This document shows, piece after piece, positions 12,716-25,364 of a DNA stretch of 62,000 bases; position 1 is the stretch's first letter, and each line of letters opens with the position of its first letter. The stretch lies in the NCBI RefSeq assembly GCF_000400465.1, contig NW_008806284.1:82001-144000 (forward strand), in the 5' to 3' direction. This DNA comes from Wallemia ichthyophaga EXF-994 (Eukaryota; Fungi; Basidiomycota). Below the pieces are notes generated by a model. The model saw nothing but the letters and a program-made list of their open reading frames with translations, had not been told where the DNA came from and did not search any database. A program made the translations under genes and the position numbers.

Positions 12716-15227
12716 CTAATCATTCACCCAAACGCTATTCGAGCACGCAACTAAATGATTGAACGCATCATCTCGTCTAGCTACGTTTGTTAGTCTCATC
12801 ACCTTGATTTCTTCCCCTTCTTCCCAGCTCACTTCAAGTCCACTCGACACCTCCACACCCACTCTTAGACTGCTGTGCTTGCTAATCCCAACCAGCGCAT
12901 CCAGCCCTACCACCACATTCGGTCCCTTGAATGGTTTGAATGTTAGCTCACTTGAGCTGAGTACGAGTGTACCTGGTGAGCTCTTTAGTATCCCAAAGTG
13001 ACTCGATTTCAGCGGTAGATAGGCTAAGCGTGAAGGTTCCAATCCAATGCTGCGTTTTGTTGTCATCACAGAGCTATTATCTTCATCGTTTTCATTATCG
13101 TTGCCCGTCAGTAATCGTGTTGTGCGCTCCGAATCACCATCGTTGCGACTAGCCCAGACTTCTCTAGCTTGACGCACAAACACACCTTTGTCGCCATTCA
13201 CGACTTGGCTCAGCATGTCTGTACCACGCTCCGCTGCTTTTCCACCTTGCTTGAGGGACGATGCTAAACGAGACCATTTGCTGCCCTTCTTTGGACTCTT
13301 CACCTGAGCATCTGCGTTTGCATCTGCATCTACATCGCTATCACCATCCCCTGATGCAGCAGTATTGTTCTCTTTGTCGTCGCCTTTGTCACTTTCTTGG
13401 GTGATGCTCAGATCAGCTGTGCTCTTCTTCGCCTTCTCCTTCTCCTTCTCCGCCTTGTCTTTCTTACTGTTGCTCTTGGCGAATGGATCGACGAGAACAG
13501 GTAGAGGCTCATTTCTGCGTACTCGCTCACGCATCACGCTCAATGCATACTGTGCATCTGTTGGCACTTCGGGTATGTTCCACGCCATGCGTCTGTAGCG
13601 AGGGTAGTGAATCGTAATGGGTATACCGACGAGAACGAGCAATCCAAGTCCTGCCAATGCGCCTCTAACCAATGCTGCGTGTGATATAAACTGCAATCCA
13701 ACGATTGCGGGTAATAGAGCTCTCAAGACAAAGTTGCGACTAGCTTTTGGGTTTCTCCAGAGGTATAAACTGTGAGTGACATGTGAGTTTATCTTTCGTC
13801 ACATGCTTCAGATCAACTACACTCACTTTTTCATCTTTTCCACAAAATCGGCTAGGTCTCCAGTCACTAATTGAATTTCACGTCCGTGGGACTGCGTGAT
13901 AGCTTTGTAGGCTTCTTTCATATTTTTCTCGCGCTTGCCTGGAGCGTTTGTACCTTCTGCGCTCAGACCGTACTCTTCCTCGAGTTCGACTATCTCTCGC
14001 GCGCGCTCGTGTTCATCCTTTCGACTGGCCAGCTGGGAGGAGGAGGTTGGGGGAAAGATTCTCCTCGCCACGAGCGCAATCAGCGCACCGCCGAGCGCAA
14101 CATTCAGCAGCATATCGGACATGACGAGGATGAGGTACACAACCAACACTGCAAATGTCACAGCACGGTTCTTCCACATAACTACATCACCAAAGCATTT
14201 CATACCTTCCGCGACAGCGTTACCGGAGAGATTGACATACAGACGCTCGACATTCGACACAAGCTTGGCGTATCTGAACTTTTGGTGTGGGTTCTGATCC
14301 AGCTCGACCGGAAGGTATTGCTCAGCCTTGAAGAGAAACCAGGCTAGGCCGTAGGCGAGGTAGTCTACGCGTTGCTGTGGGTTTTTTTCATCTTCATTTT
14401 CGTCTGCGTCCGTGTCTTGGTTTTGGTCTTGGTCTTTCTCTTTCTCTTTCTGTGTGTCCTCCTTCTCACCCTGCACATCAACCAAGTTGGTGGTGCTGTG
14501 CGAGTAGACATCTGCGCTGGACCACGCACCCTCCTCGTGGTCAGCACCGTCGCGCGTCTCGTGGTTAATATCATCCACAAACCCGTCATTCGCTGCCTTG
14601 TCCTCGTACTGCTTCCTCTCAACTTCCACATCTGCTTCTTCCTTACGCTTTGCTGCTGCTAATGTCCTCTCCTTGAGCAGCTGTGCTTCAGTCTTGTACG
14701 CGTAGTCACTCAACTTGGGTGCGTCCGTGTACGATTTGTACGCCTCGCTCGAGCTGTATGCCGCTGAGACGGAGCTGATATGTCTGCCGAAGAAGGTGAG
14801 GTAGTTAGCGATAAAGTAGTCATCGATGTTTTTATCGGCTGTTTGCGTCATCGAGGGTGATGTTGTGGATGCCGTGGATGTCGCTGGTGCTGGTGCGTTG
14901 GACTGTCTAGCGGCGACATTTTGGTGGAGACGGGGAGCAGATTGCTTAGATGCTACGGAGTGCACGGACTTTCCACCGCTCTCAGCCTTGTCTTGTGATG
15001 ATGATGCCGTTTTCGATGGAGGCGCTACGTACGAGCCTGGGGCTTGGGTGGATGAGCTCATAGAAGCTTCATAATTGCTATCTCCGTCGTATTCCTGCTT
15101 TGAGAGCTGCAAAGCTGTTTGGAGCTGTGGATGGTGAGATTTGGAGATATGGGGAGCCAGCAAAGCATACATCGTCGTCTTGCTGTTGTAGAGAGTCTCT
15201 TGAGGGCAATGGAGGCTTATCTGACAT
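12716..15227 (-). CDS. Membrane protein: N-terminal UIM-like motif, DUF3292/PRT_C-like hydrophobic hairpin region, C-terminal GRAM/PH-like domain
   Basis: Introns 15125-15170 and ~13770-13825 join three ORFs. Features are DDDLQTALQLSKQE, two hydrophobic segments, GDLADFVEKMKNLYLWRNP, and PGTLVLSSSELTFKP. Confidence 0.7.
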
Positions 15228-15410
15228 GGCAGTTTGTAAGAAACGAATGAAAGAGATGTGCAGATACAGCAGCGATACACGACCCACACAACTCGTTGTT
15301 ACCAAATAAATGATAAAAATGATATATTTTATTATTTATAGAAATCCTCCACAAAACACAAAAAAACCCTTTATCCCCGACAATCACTGCTTGTGCGTTC
15401 TTTGTATCGC

Positions 15411-17603
15411 ATGGAGGTGGAAAGTACGCAAAATAAAAATACAAGCGAATTTTACGCACAGAATGCACAGAAGAAGCCAAGTAGATCTTCGAAGGCTTGC
15501 TTGGAGTGCAGATCAATGAAATCTCGTTGTAACGGTGACGGTGTCCATTCATGCGAGCGGTGCACGAAACGAGGCGTGAATTGCGTCTATGAGCAGACAG
15601 TGAGGAGAAGAGGCAAAGATAAGAGGCCGAGGGTTGTAACAAAGCGTTTGAAATCCGAGTCATGTGATTTTGAACCAATGACCAACAAGCGTTTGAGGCA
15701 CACGCACAGCCATTCATCCGATAGCGTGGATGGCAACACGGCCGACAACGCCGACGTATCCCACAATGCCGATAACTCTTTCCAGCATTTGACTCACTCT
15801 CCTCAACCAATTAGCGGATCAATTGGCGCACCTCCACAACCTCCACCTCCCCCACGTTATAATCACAGTGCTGCACCTGAAGTTATCAATGGAACCTCCT
15901 TTATTCCATCGCAAACACAGATTTCACCTCACTCAGCTCATTCTCCTCTCTCTCCTCACTCTCCCATCCTAATTACTCCGAATATGAACTACCAACGAGA
16001 AAGCTTTTGGGATATCTTGATTACGGATAGGTGCACCACTCACAACCTCAAAGACAGAGCCAAGGCCACAAAACTCATTTCCAGCGACTTGTGGTTCACA
16101 TTTTCACGCTGTGATTTCATAACCACTCTCTTTAATATGCACAAGTTCTTCGATAACCTGAGCTGCTCAAGTAAACGATACAACGCCGAGCCTTCCCTCA
16201 TTCAAGCTCTTCTCGCTATCAGCCATACCTTACAAGGTCAATTCCAACTGGCTTACCTCATGGCTGACCGTGCACACTCCTCACTTCGCACTGCAATGAT
16301 GACTGGCAGGTTCACCGTAGGCATAGCTCAAAGTGCAATCGTGCGTTTACTTATCCCTTTGTCCCCTGTCTCACCTGTCTCATCTTCCCATTAGGTACTC
16401 CAATATTACGAATCATTCCCACTCGGAACTTTCAACATTAAGAGGGTCGCTGCACCCCTATATGCCGCAGACGCTGTCATAAAGAACCTTGCTCTCACCT
16501 GCTTGGACGCAGATAAAGTTTCTCATGTGTTCGATGATGACGCTATACCAATTAGTACCTCAGACCCTCAATTTTCGGGTCAAGATCTAAATTTAGCTCC
16601 AAGCAAGTCACATCATCACCCTTCTTGTCCCTGTGAGTCATGGTCCATACCCGCTCACATGACACGCAAAGAGGAATCTGTCCGCTTCAGGCACATACCC
16701 AAGTTCTCCATCGATGATACTCAAGTTCCTGACTCAGATATTCAACAAGAGGAAATCAGGAGGGTGGTCTGGGGTACTGCCAACAATGGTTGGTATTTAC
16801 AGATGCTCGATCCACATGCAGTTTCTACATTGCATACATCCCAAGCGTCCAACTATGGTGTATTTTATACTGCCGAATCTTTCATTCTCTCAATACCTGA
16901 CGATGGAATGAAGAGTTGGTCGAGGTACACGTTGTGGGCCTTTTTGGATAGATTAAAACTGTTATGCCATGCAGCTACAAGATTATCACGTAGCCTTCCT
17001 CCATTCGAGTTGCACATGCGAGCTAGCAAGATATGCAGTGAGGTTGAAAAGATTGAAAGTGATTTAAATGCACTACACAGTTGTCATAGAGGTGTTCACG
17101 GTTGGCATGTCAGCAATGTTGCATTCATTACTCGACTGATTCTCACTGCTAAAACTCGTCAGTTCACTAATGCTAATGTTACCAATTTGCAGAAAAATGC
17201 TTCTGTTCCATCTGCTTATTACACGCGCCAACGTGCTCGTGAATGGTTGGATGCACATTCGTTGATTTGGGATAATGTCATCAATAAGCATTCAATTAAG
17301 AGACAGCCAATGATCTTCGTTGCTTTGGTTTGCCAAGCTCTCCGCTGTCTAGATTTGTTAGCCCTCGACTCAGCTTTCACAAGGGCAATATATGTTGCAA
17401 GAAGTTTGCTCAAAGGGATTGATGAGATGATATCAATTTACCCCATCAAAGAGTCGGCAGACATTAATAGAATATTGCTCAAAGTTCACATGAATTGTGA
17501 TGAATTGGAGACCCGCACTAACGTAGCGCCATACCATACTGCAGATAACCACGCTGCGGAGCTCTTACTAGAAAATCTCAAGAAGATTAAGAGTGAACCG
17601 TAG
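15411..17603 (+). CDS. Zn(II)2Cys6 transcription factor
   Basis: ACLECRSMKSRCNGDGVHSCERCTKRGVNCVY binuclear cluster followed by RRRGKDK. An intron near 16341-16395 joins the two ORFs. Confidence 0.93.
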
Positions 17604-17891
17604 TGATTAGTTAGATATATAACCATCTCACAAAATCTCATTAATTCACGGGCTTTTCTTTTTCAAATTTACGAGACATGAACAAGACAAAAAGGAAAAA
17701 GAAAAAAAAAAAATCAAATTAGCTGCATTTGACACACACGGATTACGGAAGCAGTCAAGTTTCACTAATTCATTCTTCTAGACAAATTGATATCTTTGTA
17801 TGTACTGAATAAACAATATATTAGAATCTTTGATAGTGTGAAAGAAATTTTCCGCGATTGATGCTACAACTGAGTAGAGATGACTAGAGAA

Positions 17892-19480
17892 TCAAGTGGT
17901 GACTTGCATATTCCCGACGCCGTTTGTTACATTTGCAACACTGTCAACGTGTGAGTGCTCGCTGTTGGTGTTATTGGTGTTGCTATTGCTATTGCTGTTG
18001 CTGTTACTATCGCCGGAGTGAAGGTATTGCTGCTGTTGCTGAAATTGACGCTTCTGCTGCCCAGCTCTGACACCACCTCTTCTGACGAAATCACGCATCC
18101 GACGCACCTCCTCCTCGACTCTATCGAGTACTACGCCGCAGAATGCCTCACCATCCCTTAACAAATCGCCATCAGCAGCAGGAGGAGCGGCGAAAGCAGC
18201 TTCTAGAGAACGTGTAGTAGATTCTTGAAGAGATGCGAACAGCTTTGCAGTTGATCTCCGCAAAGCTGATGATGCGGGTGGAGGAAGCATTTCGTTATCG
18301 TAGATATCATCGTCGATCATATTATCATCGTCATCTTCATCATTCTCGTCATCATCGTCACTATCATCCATCGGCTCTGCATCTGAAACCCACACCCACT
18401 TTCCACCCTCGGCCATCACCCACTCACGGTCTTCGTCAACACCGCATTCTGGATCAAATTGCGTTGGTTTCCACGCTTCTTCAACCTCCCACCTTTGCCA
18501 ATCGCTGGGTGGACCAACGTCTGCACCCAATCCGAGAACCTCAACGAGCCCCAAACCATCGCGGTCTTTGCCCCACAGCTTATTGTCGATCTCGAGTCTG
18601 GAGAGGTGAGGGAAGAGGGGTAAAAAGTGCATGAAATAAGCCCTAAATGGCATGGATGTTGTGTCATCAGCGCCGTCTAAAGTGGGCGGAATGCGAGGAT
18701 TTCTACTAGGCGGAAATGATCCATTGAGAATGAGAGTGTGTAAGTTACGCGAAGGATGAATAAGATGAAAGAGACCGTGGGGGGAAGTCCACATGACGTT
18801 GCGCAGTTCAAGAAAGCGGATTTCAGAGAGAGAAGTGTTACGATCAGCGAGGAAAGAGTGATTGCTGGTAGAGTGAGTGTCTGTCAAGTTAACGTTAACC
18901 AAACGCAAGCTTTGTAGCGAGGTGTTTCGTCGTAAAACAAGTGTCAAAGCGTCTGACGATATCGACGGAAGGTTTGAAAGGTTGAGTGATGTGAGGAGAG
19001 TGAGACTGTCGCTCTTAGGCGGCAAGAGGCTACTCAAATTGAATCGCCAGCTGAGTCCGTTTAGTGAGAGGTGTGTTAGCGAATTTGGTAGATTTGCGAA
19101 TAAACTAGGTGGTAGGTACACGCTTGGAAGTGATAGCTGGGATTTAAGTGAGTTTAGACAGCATATGCAGACACTCTACTCACATCTAATCCACGCAGTT
19201 GCTGCGCTGGTCCTATACATCGACTTATGAGACGTCCTAATCGACCATCGGCTTTAGCGCCTACAGGAGCCTCACCACGCCAGTGCGTCGCTTCTGCCCA
19301 ATCACCATCGACTTTAAACCACTTCAAGGCCTGGGCTGGCGTCCAATCTTTCTCCAGGTACTCCCCATACGCAACAACAGCGGCTAAAGTGGGAAGATGG
19401 AGCGCGCTGGGTGCTGGAGTTGTACGATAGAGACTGGTGTACACGGGCGGCGTCTTCTTTGTTGGGGTCTGCGTCGGCAT
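17892..19480 (-). CDS. Leucine-rich-repeat (RNI-like) protein with acidic and Q/N-rich tail
   Basis: Repeated LxxLxLxx units (LTHLSLNG, LTSLNLSN, LQSLRLVN, IRFLELRN, LHTLILNG). One gtgagt...cag intron joins ORFs 19154-19480 and 17892-19121. Confidence 0.7.
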
Positions 19481-19658
19481 CGTCTGCCAAAGATTAATTT
19501 TGATCTAAGCTGTTTGGTATCGAAGAGTGGCTGCGTGGATTAATAGAAAGCGAGGCTTATAATTTTATAGGGAACAAATCAATTTTACTAGGAGCTATTG
19601 AAGGAGCTGTGATTGCTAATAACTTGTAGCTTATCAACCACCACCACTAGCACCAGCA

Positions 19659-21559
19659 ATGGGCAGATCAGAGAAATTGTATGTCACACAGAGCGAGTGG
19701 AGTGGAGAGAAGGGCCAGCATCTTAGATCTAAAGGCGCTTTCAATCCAATGCACAACGCAGAAGCAGGATTCAAGCCATTGCCATTCGATTGTTGCGCAT
19801 TGAGTCTAGCGCCTTTTGAAAATCCAGTGATGATCAAGGAAACTGGCACTGTGTTTGACCTTATAAATATCCTACCTTACATTAGAAAATACCACTCAAA
19901 TCCAGCTTCCGGGAATCCAACCACTATTAAAGACCTTATCAAGCTTCATTATCATAAGAATGCAACAGGCGACTATTACGATCCTGTGACCTTCAAAACC
20001 TTTAACCAGCACACTCATATTGTTGCTATTGCCTCCTCTGGAAACGTTTTCTCTTTCGATGCTATCGATAAGCTCAACATTAAGGCTAAATGTAGGTTTT
20101 TGTAATCACACACAACTCTTTCTAACACCGCCGTAGTCTGGGAGGATCTTCTCACTGGCCAGCCATTCACCAAAGCTGATATCGTCACTCTTCAAGACCC
20201 TCGCAATCCACCCAATTTGAACGAGTTGGAATTCATTAAGAACAAGAAAATCGTTTCTGATAAGGAAGCTGATGAAGTACTCAATGACCCACTCGGAACT
20301 ATCAACGTTAATGCAACTGGTGGTGCCAGTGCTCTCCTCAAGAAAATCTCAGATAAGCAAAACGAAGGCAAAGAAACGAGCGACAGTCAGTCAACAGACA
20401 ATAGCCACTTGGTGAAAGCACCCACGCATTTCCCCAAAACTGGTAACCAACCAGCCAGTGGATCACTCACTGGTGTGAAAGCCTACAACGCTGCGAAACA
20501 CAGCACAGGCCGCACAGCTGCCTCCTTCACATCCACCATACTAGATCCACAATCACGCAACGAATCAGCCCTGATAGATGAGGATGAGCTTATGTTCGAA
20601 GAGGTAGAGAAACTAGCTGGTGCACGCGGGAAAGACAAGGCAAAAGGAAAAGCCTACGTACGCATAGTAACAAACCACGGCTCTCTCAATGTAGAGCTAC
20701 ATTGTGAAAAAGCTCCAAAAACTTGCTATAATTGGCTCATGTTAGCACGCGGTCGCAAATACGACGGTGTGTCATTCCACCGCAATATCCCAGGATTCAT
20801 GATTCAGGGTGGAGACCCGTCTGGTACAGGACGCGGTGGGGAGTCTTTCTACGGTAACCCATTCGGCGATGAGTATGACCGTAAAGGTGCCTATAAGCAT
20901 GATGCACGCGGTGTATTTGCAATGGCAAATGCTGGCCCTTCCACAAACACTTCACAATTCTTCATAACATATAGACCTACACCGCATCTCGATGGAAAAC
21001 ACACAGTCTTCGGCCATCTCGTTGGCGGGATGGACACACTGGCCAGTCTCGAATCTATACAGGTCGATAAGGCGACAAGTAGACCTATGCGTACTATTAG
21101 AATGGAGGAAATTCAAATGTGGGTCATAACGTCGATTACTTGGTAGAGATTCTCTTCTCACCTCGCACACATTATAGCTTCTCGGATCCGTTCGAAGAAT
21201 ACAAAGCTAATTTGGCGAACCGTATGAAGAGGGAAAGAGGGGATTACGCAGATGAGGAAAGGAAAGCACGCATGAAAGCGAATAAAGAGAAAAACAGGAC
21301 GACGTGGTGAGTTTAAATGTCTTTCAAAATGCTGATATACTCATCAACCCACAGGTTTGGTACGGATCTTGGTGAAAAGCAAATTAGGTCGCAGCCCGCT
21401 ACCAAGGAAGATGACAACATGAAGGAGCTGCTAGGTGGTACTGGCGGAGGAGGTGTTGGAAAATACCTCTCTCTCAAACGACCCGCTAATCCTGATGCTG
21501 GGGTGCCGCCAAAGAAAAAGAAGGATAGGAGTGGATTCAGTGATTTCAGCTCGTGGTAA
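19659..21559 (+). CDS. PPIL2: Peptidyl-prolyl isomerase-like 2 (U-box/RING-like + cyclophilin; Cyp8/PPIL2)
   Basis: MGRSEKLYVTQSEW; FKPLPFDCCALSLAPFENPV; cyclophilin core FHRNIPGFMIQGGDP, AMANAGPSTNTSQFFITY and HLDGKHTVFG. Three introns. Confidence 0.95.
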
Positions 21560-21884
21560 TGTCTTGTTTTGTGACTTGAATCACATTTGTACGTATAGTA
21601 TACATATTGAGTGTAATAAAAGTAATTTCAAATATAGATCTTGGTTAATCACTTTCCGCGAAAACGATGTGATGTCAAAATGGAATATGGCGGATAAATT
21701 GATTTCTAAATGCTATTCAGTCTGAGCTTATAGTGGAGCTACACCAACCAATCGCTCTCATGACGCACTGCTGCTCTGTCGACTCAACGAGAAGACAAAT
21801 TTTGTAGCAATCGACCGAGAAGTTAAAGTCATTTATCAATTATGATTATAATTACTACAACACCCGCTATTTATCTCAAACCAA

Positions 21885-22440
21885 TTAAATATCCTGTGTA
21901 TTGAGATTGATAGCGAATTTTGCTAGTGAACGCAGAAAGGCTATATCCTCTACTAGACCAACTTGTTCAACGCGAGGAATGAAATGGTTGGTATTCCTTG
22001 ATGGAGTTGCTTGAGATAGGATAGCTCGTTCACATTCGTTGTAGAGTCATTCCTGAGGCAAAAAAAGCTGCTGAATGGTATATTCGCTGTATCTGCTCTC
22101 TAGCGATCGTACACATTCAATCACCTCAATGAGACAATAAGACAAGATGAGATCACCGTCAGGCTCTCCTTTCAAACTCCATTTCGTAGCTTGGAGGTCC
22201 CTTAATAAGGTCACTTGAAGCCCTTTTTCGATGTGTACAGTCGGAACTGCTGTTAGCGGTATGGTCGTATCTTTATTGTCTTCCTCCTCATTCAGATCGC
22301 CTTGATAACGGTTTTCGACATGAACGCATTATCATCTGCGTCAGTAAACTCTATCTTATATTTGGGCTGCGTTTGGTTTCTTCAATATCTAATAACATTC
22401 TCACAAACACACACTCACTCGTGGTGTCGAAACTGGCATT
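21885..22440 (-). pseudogene. Degenerate orphan frame (block element 1)
   Basis: Frame 22319->21885 (145 codons, VENRYQGDLNEEEDNK...LNTQDI*) has a single internal TGA at 22047-22049. A gtgagt...actgacgcag intron-like segment and a probable frameshift lie upstream. Confidence 0.45.
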
Positions 22441-22692
22441 GTGCTTATTTTGGTATACTGAAAGCTGCTGGTGATTACTTGCTATGAAATTCCCTCTAGT
22501 CCGACGAAAGTGCACTACAAACATACTACAAACCTCGCTTTAGCTCTAAATTTATCATTTCCAATCAAGAAACCAAGTATATTAAGATTTTGAACACATT
22601 TTCATGGACGAAGGTTGATTACAAAACAATTAAACAATTGAAGTATCTTGGTTGTGAAGAGCTCACAAGCACAAGCACACAAAATCTAGCAC

Positions 22693-23733
22693 TCAAATCA
22701 CTGCGTGTGGAAACTGGAAGTCTGGCTTAGTGAAGGCGTCGTCGCGATAGAATTCGAGTTTATATTGGAAGGCTTCTAATTTGCTAATCATAGACTTAGT
22801 GAGAACACCTCTTGTTTCCAAGTCAGCCAAGATAGGAGCATATTCGAGCTCTTGACCGTTTTCGAGTTTGTGGGTTTCAAGCGGTGTGTAATTTGGTGCG
22901 AATCTGCCTTTGTGCGCTTTGGTATATTCATCTTCTTCTGTTTTATCTTTGCGATTCTTCAACCACACACTGGCGCCCTTATTGTCGTGCATAACTTCTT
23001 GAAGGAACGCCTTAGGTTGGTTGCAGTTAACTTTATAATAGATCGAGCAATTAGTCCTTAATCCCTCTCCAAACGCGCCTCACTCACATACGACACTCTT
23101 GTATCTCTTGATGTGATGCTGTGTCTCCAAGAGATTCCTGATACGCCTCAAGAGACGATCCATATGCTCGTCATACAGTGCTGTACAGCGTTGGTTGAAT
23201 TTTGCAGTCACGAGCTTTATTTCGTATTGCTCATTCCATTCGGCCGCTGGCACTTTCCGATCTTCAGCCCAGTTAGCAAACTCGACCTGTAGATCTGTCT
23301 TAAGCATATTCTTCATTCGCTCATGAACTTTATTTTCAAGGCGGGTGAGTGTAGTCTTATTGCCTAAATTGGCGCCCTCACTTCTGTGTCTGAAGTTTTT
23401 CAACAGGATGGTAACAGACTTGCCCACTGACGAAACGAAAGACTGGATGCCAGTTTTTGAAGACCTGAATGATCCACGAGCACCACCGATACGATCACTG
23501 AAGTCGGTAGCGATGCGCTGGAGCTTTGAAGGCTGCATTTCATCTGTTAGAGCGGTTCGACTGGCAGAGCTCATTTGCTCGTCGTTTATCTGGCGCATTA
23601 GGACCTCGTCCGCTCTCGCGATCTCTGTTGTTGTCAGTTGATCTGAACTATAAGTCCAACCGGATGGTAGTTCGCTCGGCTGCGGTACCTCAACACCGTC
23701 CTTTGGAGATGACTTTGGCTGCGTATTTCTCAT
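22693..23733 (-). CDS. Orphan protein, 327 aa, apparently intact (block element 2)
   Basis: ORFs 23080-23733 and 22693-22992 join in frame through a 57-nt intron 23031-23087 (GTGAGT donor, CTAAT branch, AAG acceptor). No family recognised. Confidence 0.65.
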
Positions 23734-23817
23734 GGACTTAGCTCAACAACCGACTTACCAGGAGATGCGCTCCCTACTTATAGCTCAACAATCCTTACAA
23801 GTAAATGCGCTTCTTAT

Positions 23818-25211
23818 TTAGCAGCTAGGTTGAATATTTTCCATACGAACGAACTTTTCTCGTATTTTGCGATTTCGAAGAATGCAAGTGGGGATATACA
23901 GACAGAACTTTTCATTTGTCGTAATCTTAGGTCTGAAGTCTCCTTGTTCGCCTAATACCCTTTCCATGGACTGAAAATCGGGAATGCGAACATACTTGAA
24001 GATGTAGCACGCGACGAAAGCCAAACAAGTATTATAAAGAGATGCATTGATCAAACAAGATGAGATAGAAGTCTATTTAGGTACTAAGTACAATAGTAAT
24101 ATTGAAGACTGCTATTCTATACTCCCACCTTCCCTTAGTCATGCGAAGGAAGCTTTGAACAGTCCACAGGATGCAGAAAATATTCAATTTTACTCAAACA
24201 AATTGCAGAGATACCCTATCATCCTCATTTTTGACTTGGACAAGAAATCGCGTTTGTTCTAGTTGAGTGATTATGAAAAAAAGGTCCCTGAAGGAAGGAG
24301 GCTCTACTAGCGGTTTCATGAGATATATCTGTTCACTTTCGAACCTGTCTTTGAGCACTATCTTTGAAGATTTGTATATATTTCGGTCGAGCAGCTTCTT
24401 CTTGTAAGTGCTGTAATCTTTTGCGAAGGTTAGATTCATAGCTGCATCAAGAAAGTTACGCCCACAGTGGAGACTACTCAGTAACGGCGTGTGTTTCTTG
24501 ATAAGCATTCGTATGCGATCCCTAAGTAACACGCAGTAAAACTTTGCGAACTTGCTATAAAAGACGAAGGACACGATCTTCAAGCTAGGATGAGCAATCA
24601 GCTTTATCTTATGCTACCCTGGCTATTTTAGCAGCGTGATCATGTTATCCAATACCACTCTGTCATGAGCTTTGCGCAAGTTAATGAACAAATCTCGGTA
24701 CTTCAAGTCTCCTTCTCTGTCGCTACATGATAGCTTGGGAAGGATAAGGAAGTATAGCTTAATGGTATTTAAGTCTACCCTTGTCGTTATCTCTCTCTCC
24801 CTCTCCGAAGACATCTGGCTCGATGTATAACTGTATCAAGCCGGTGCTGATTTGCAATGGCTGTGGTGTAACCTCCGCCGTGTTGATTAGTTGTGATTGT
24901 TCAGTCCGTCGGGTCTCTTTCCGAGGCTGCTATTGACGCTGCTCTTGAGCTTTTCCAGCTTCGTAGTTTTCATTACGGGTCTTTATCATGCTGTTTCTTT
25001 CACTCCCCGCTGTGAGGGTAAATTGAAGATCAATTGAGTCTGTTGACGGCCGTGCTGGTGAGGGAGTTGGGTCTGGTAACCATTTCTCGAAATTTGTCAG
25101 AGTTATCTCGACACCTGGTGCTCTGGGATCCAATCCGAACTGAGAACCATTGCTAATTGGAGAGCTTGGGAAAGCGCTTTCGATAGATTCAGGAGCTGTA
25201 AACACTTCCAT
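23818..25211 (-). pseudogene. Disrupted orphan gene (block element 3)
   Basis: MEVFTAPES...QEQRQ*QPRKE continues past TAG 24930. A probable slip at a GA microsatellite (~24790-24810) leads into frame 24814->24194 with TAGs at 24623 and 24614. The 3' part (23818-24054) is in a third frame. Confidence 0.5.
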
Positions 25212-25364
25212 TATTGTTTCAAGTATTATGGAATTAGATGTGGCAAAGCGCGCGATTTGTCACGTTATCTTGACAAGTGAAAATCTTCCTGACGAAGGAA
25301 ACATATCAACGAAATTCACAGAGTCATTACAAGATTTACTTGAGCAAGTCTTACATAGATTGAT

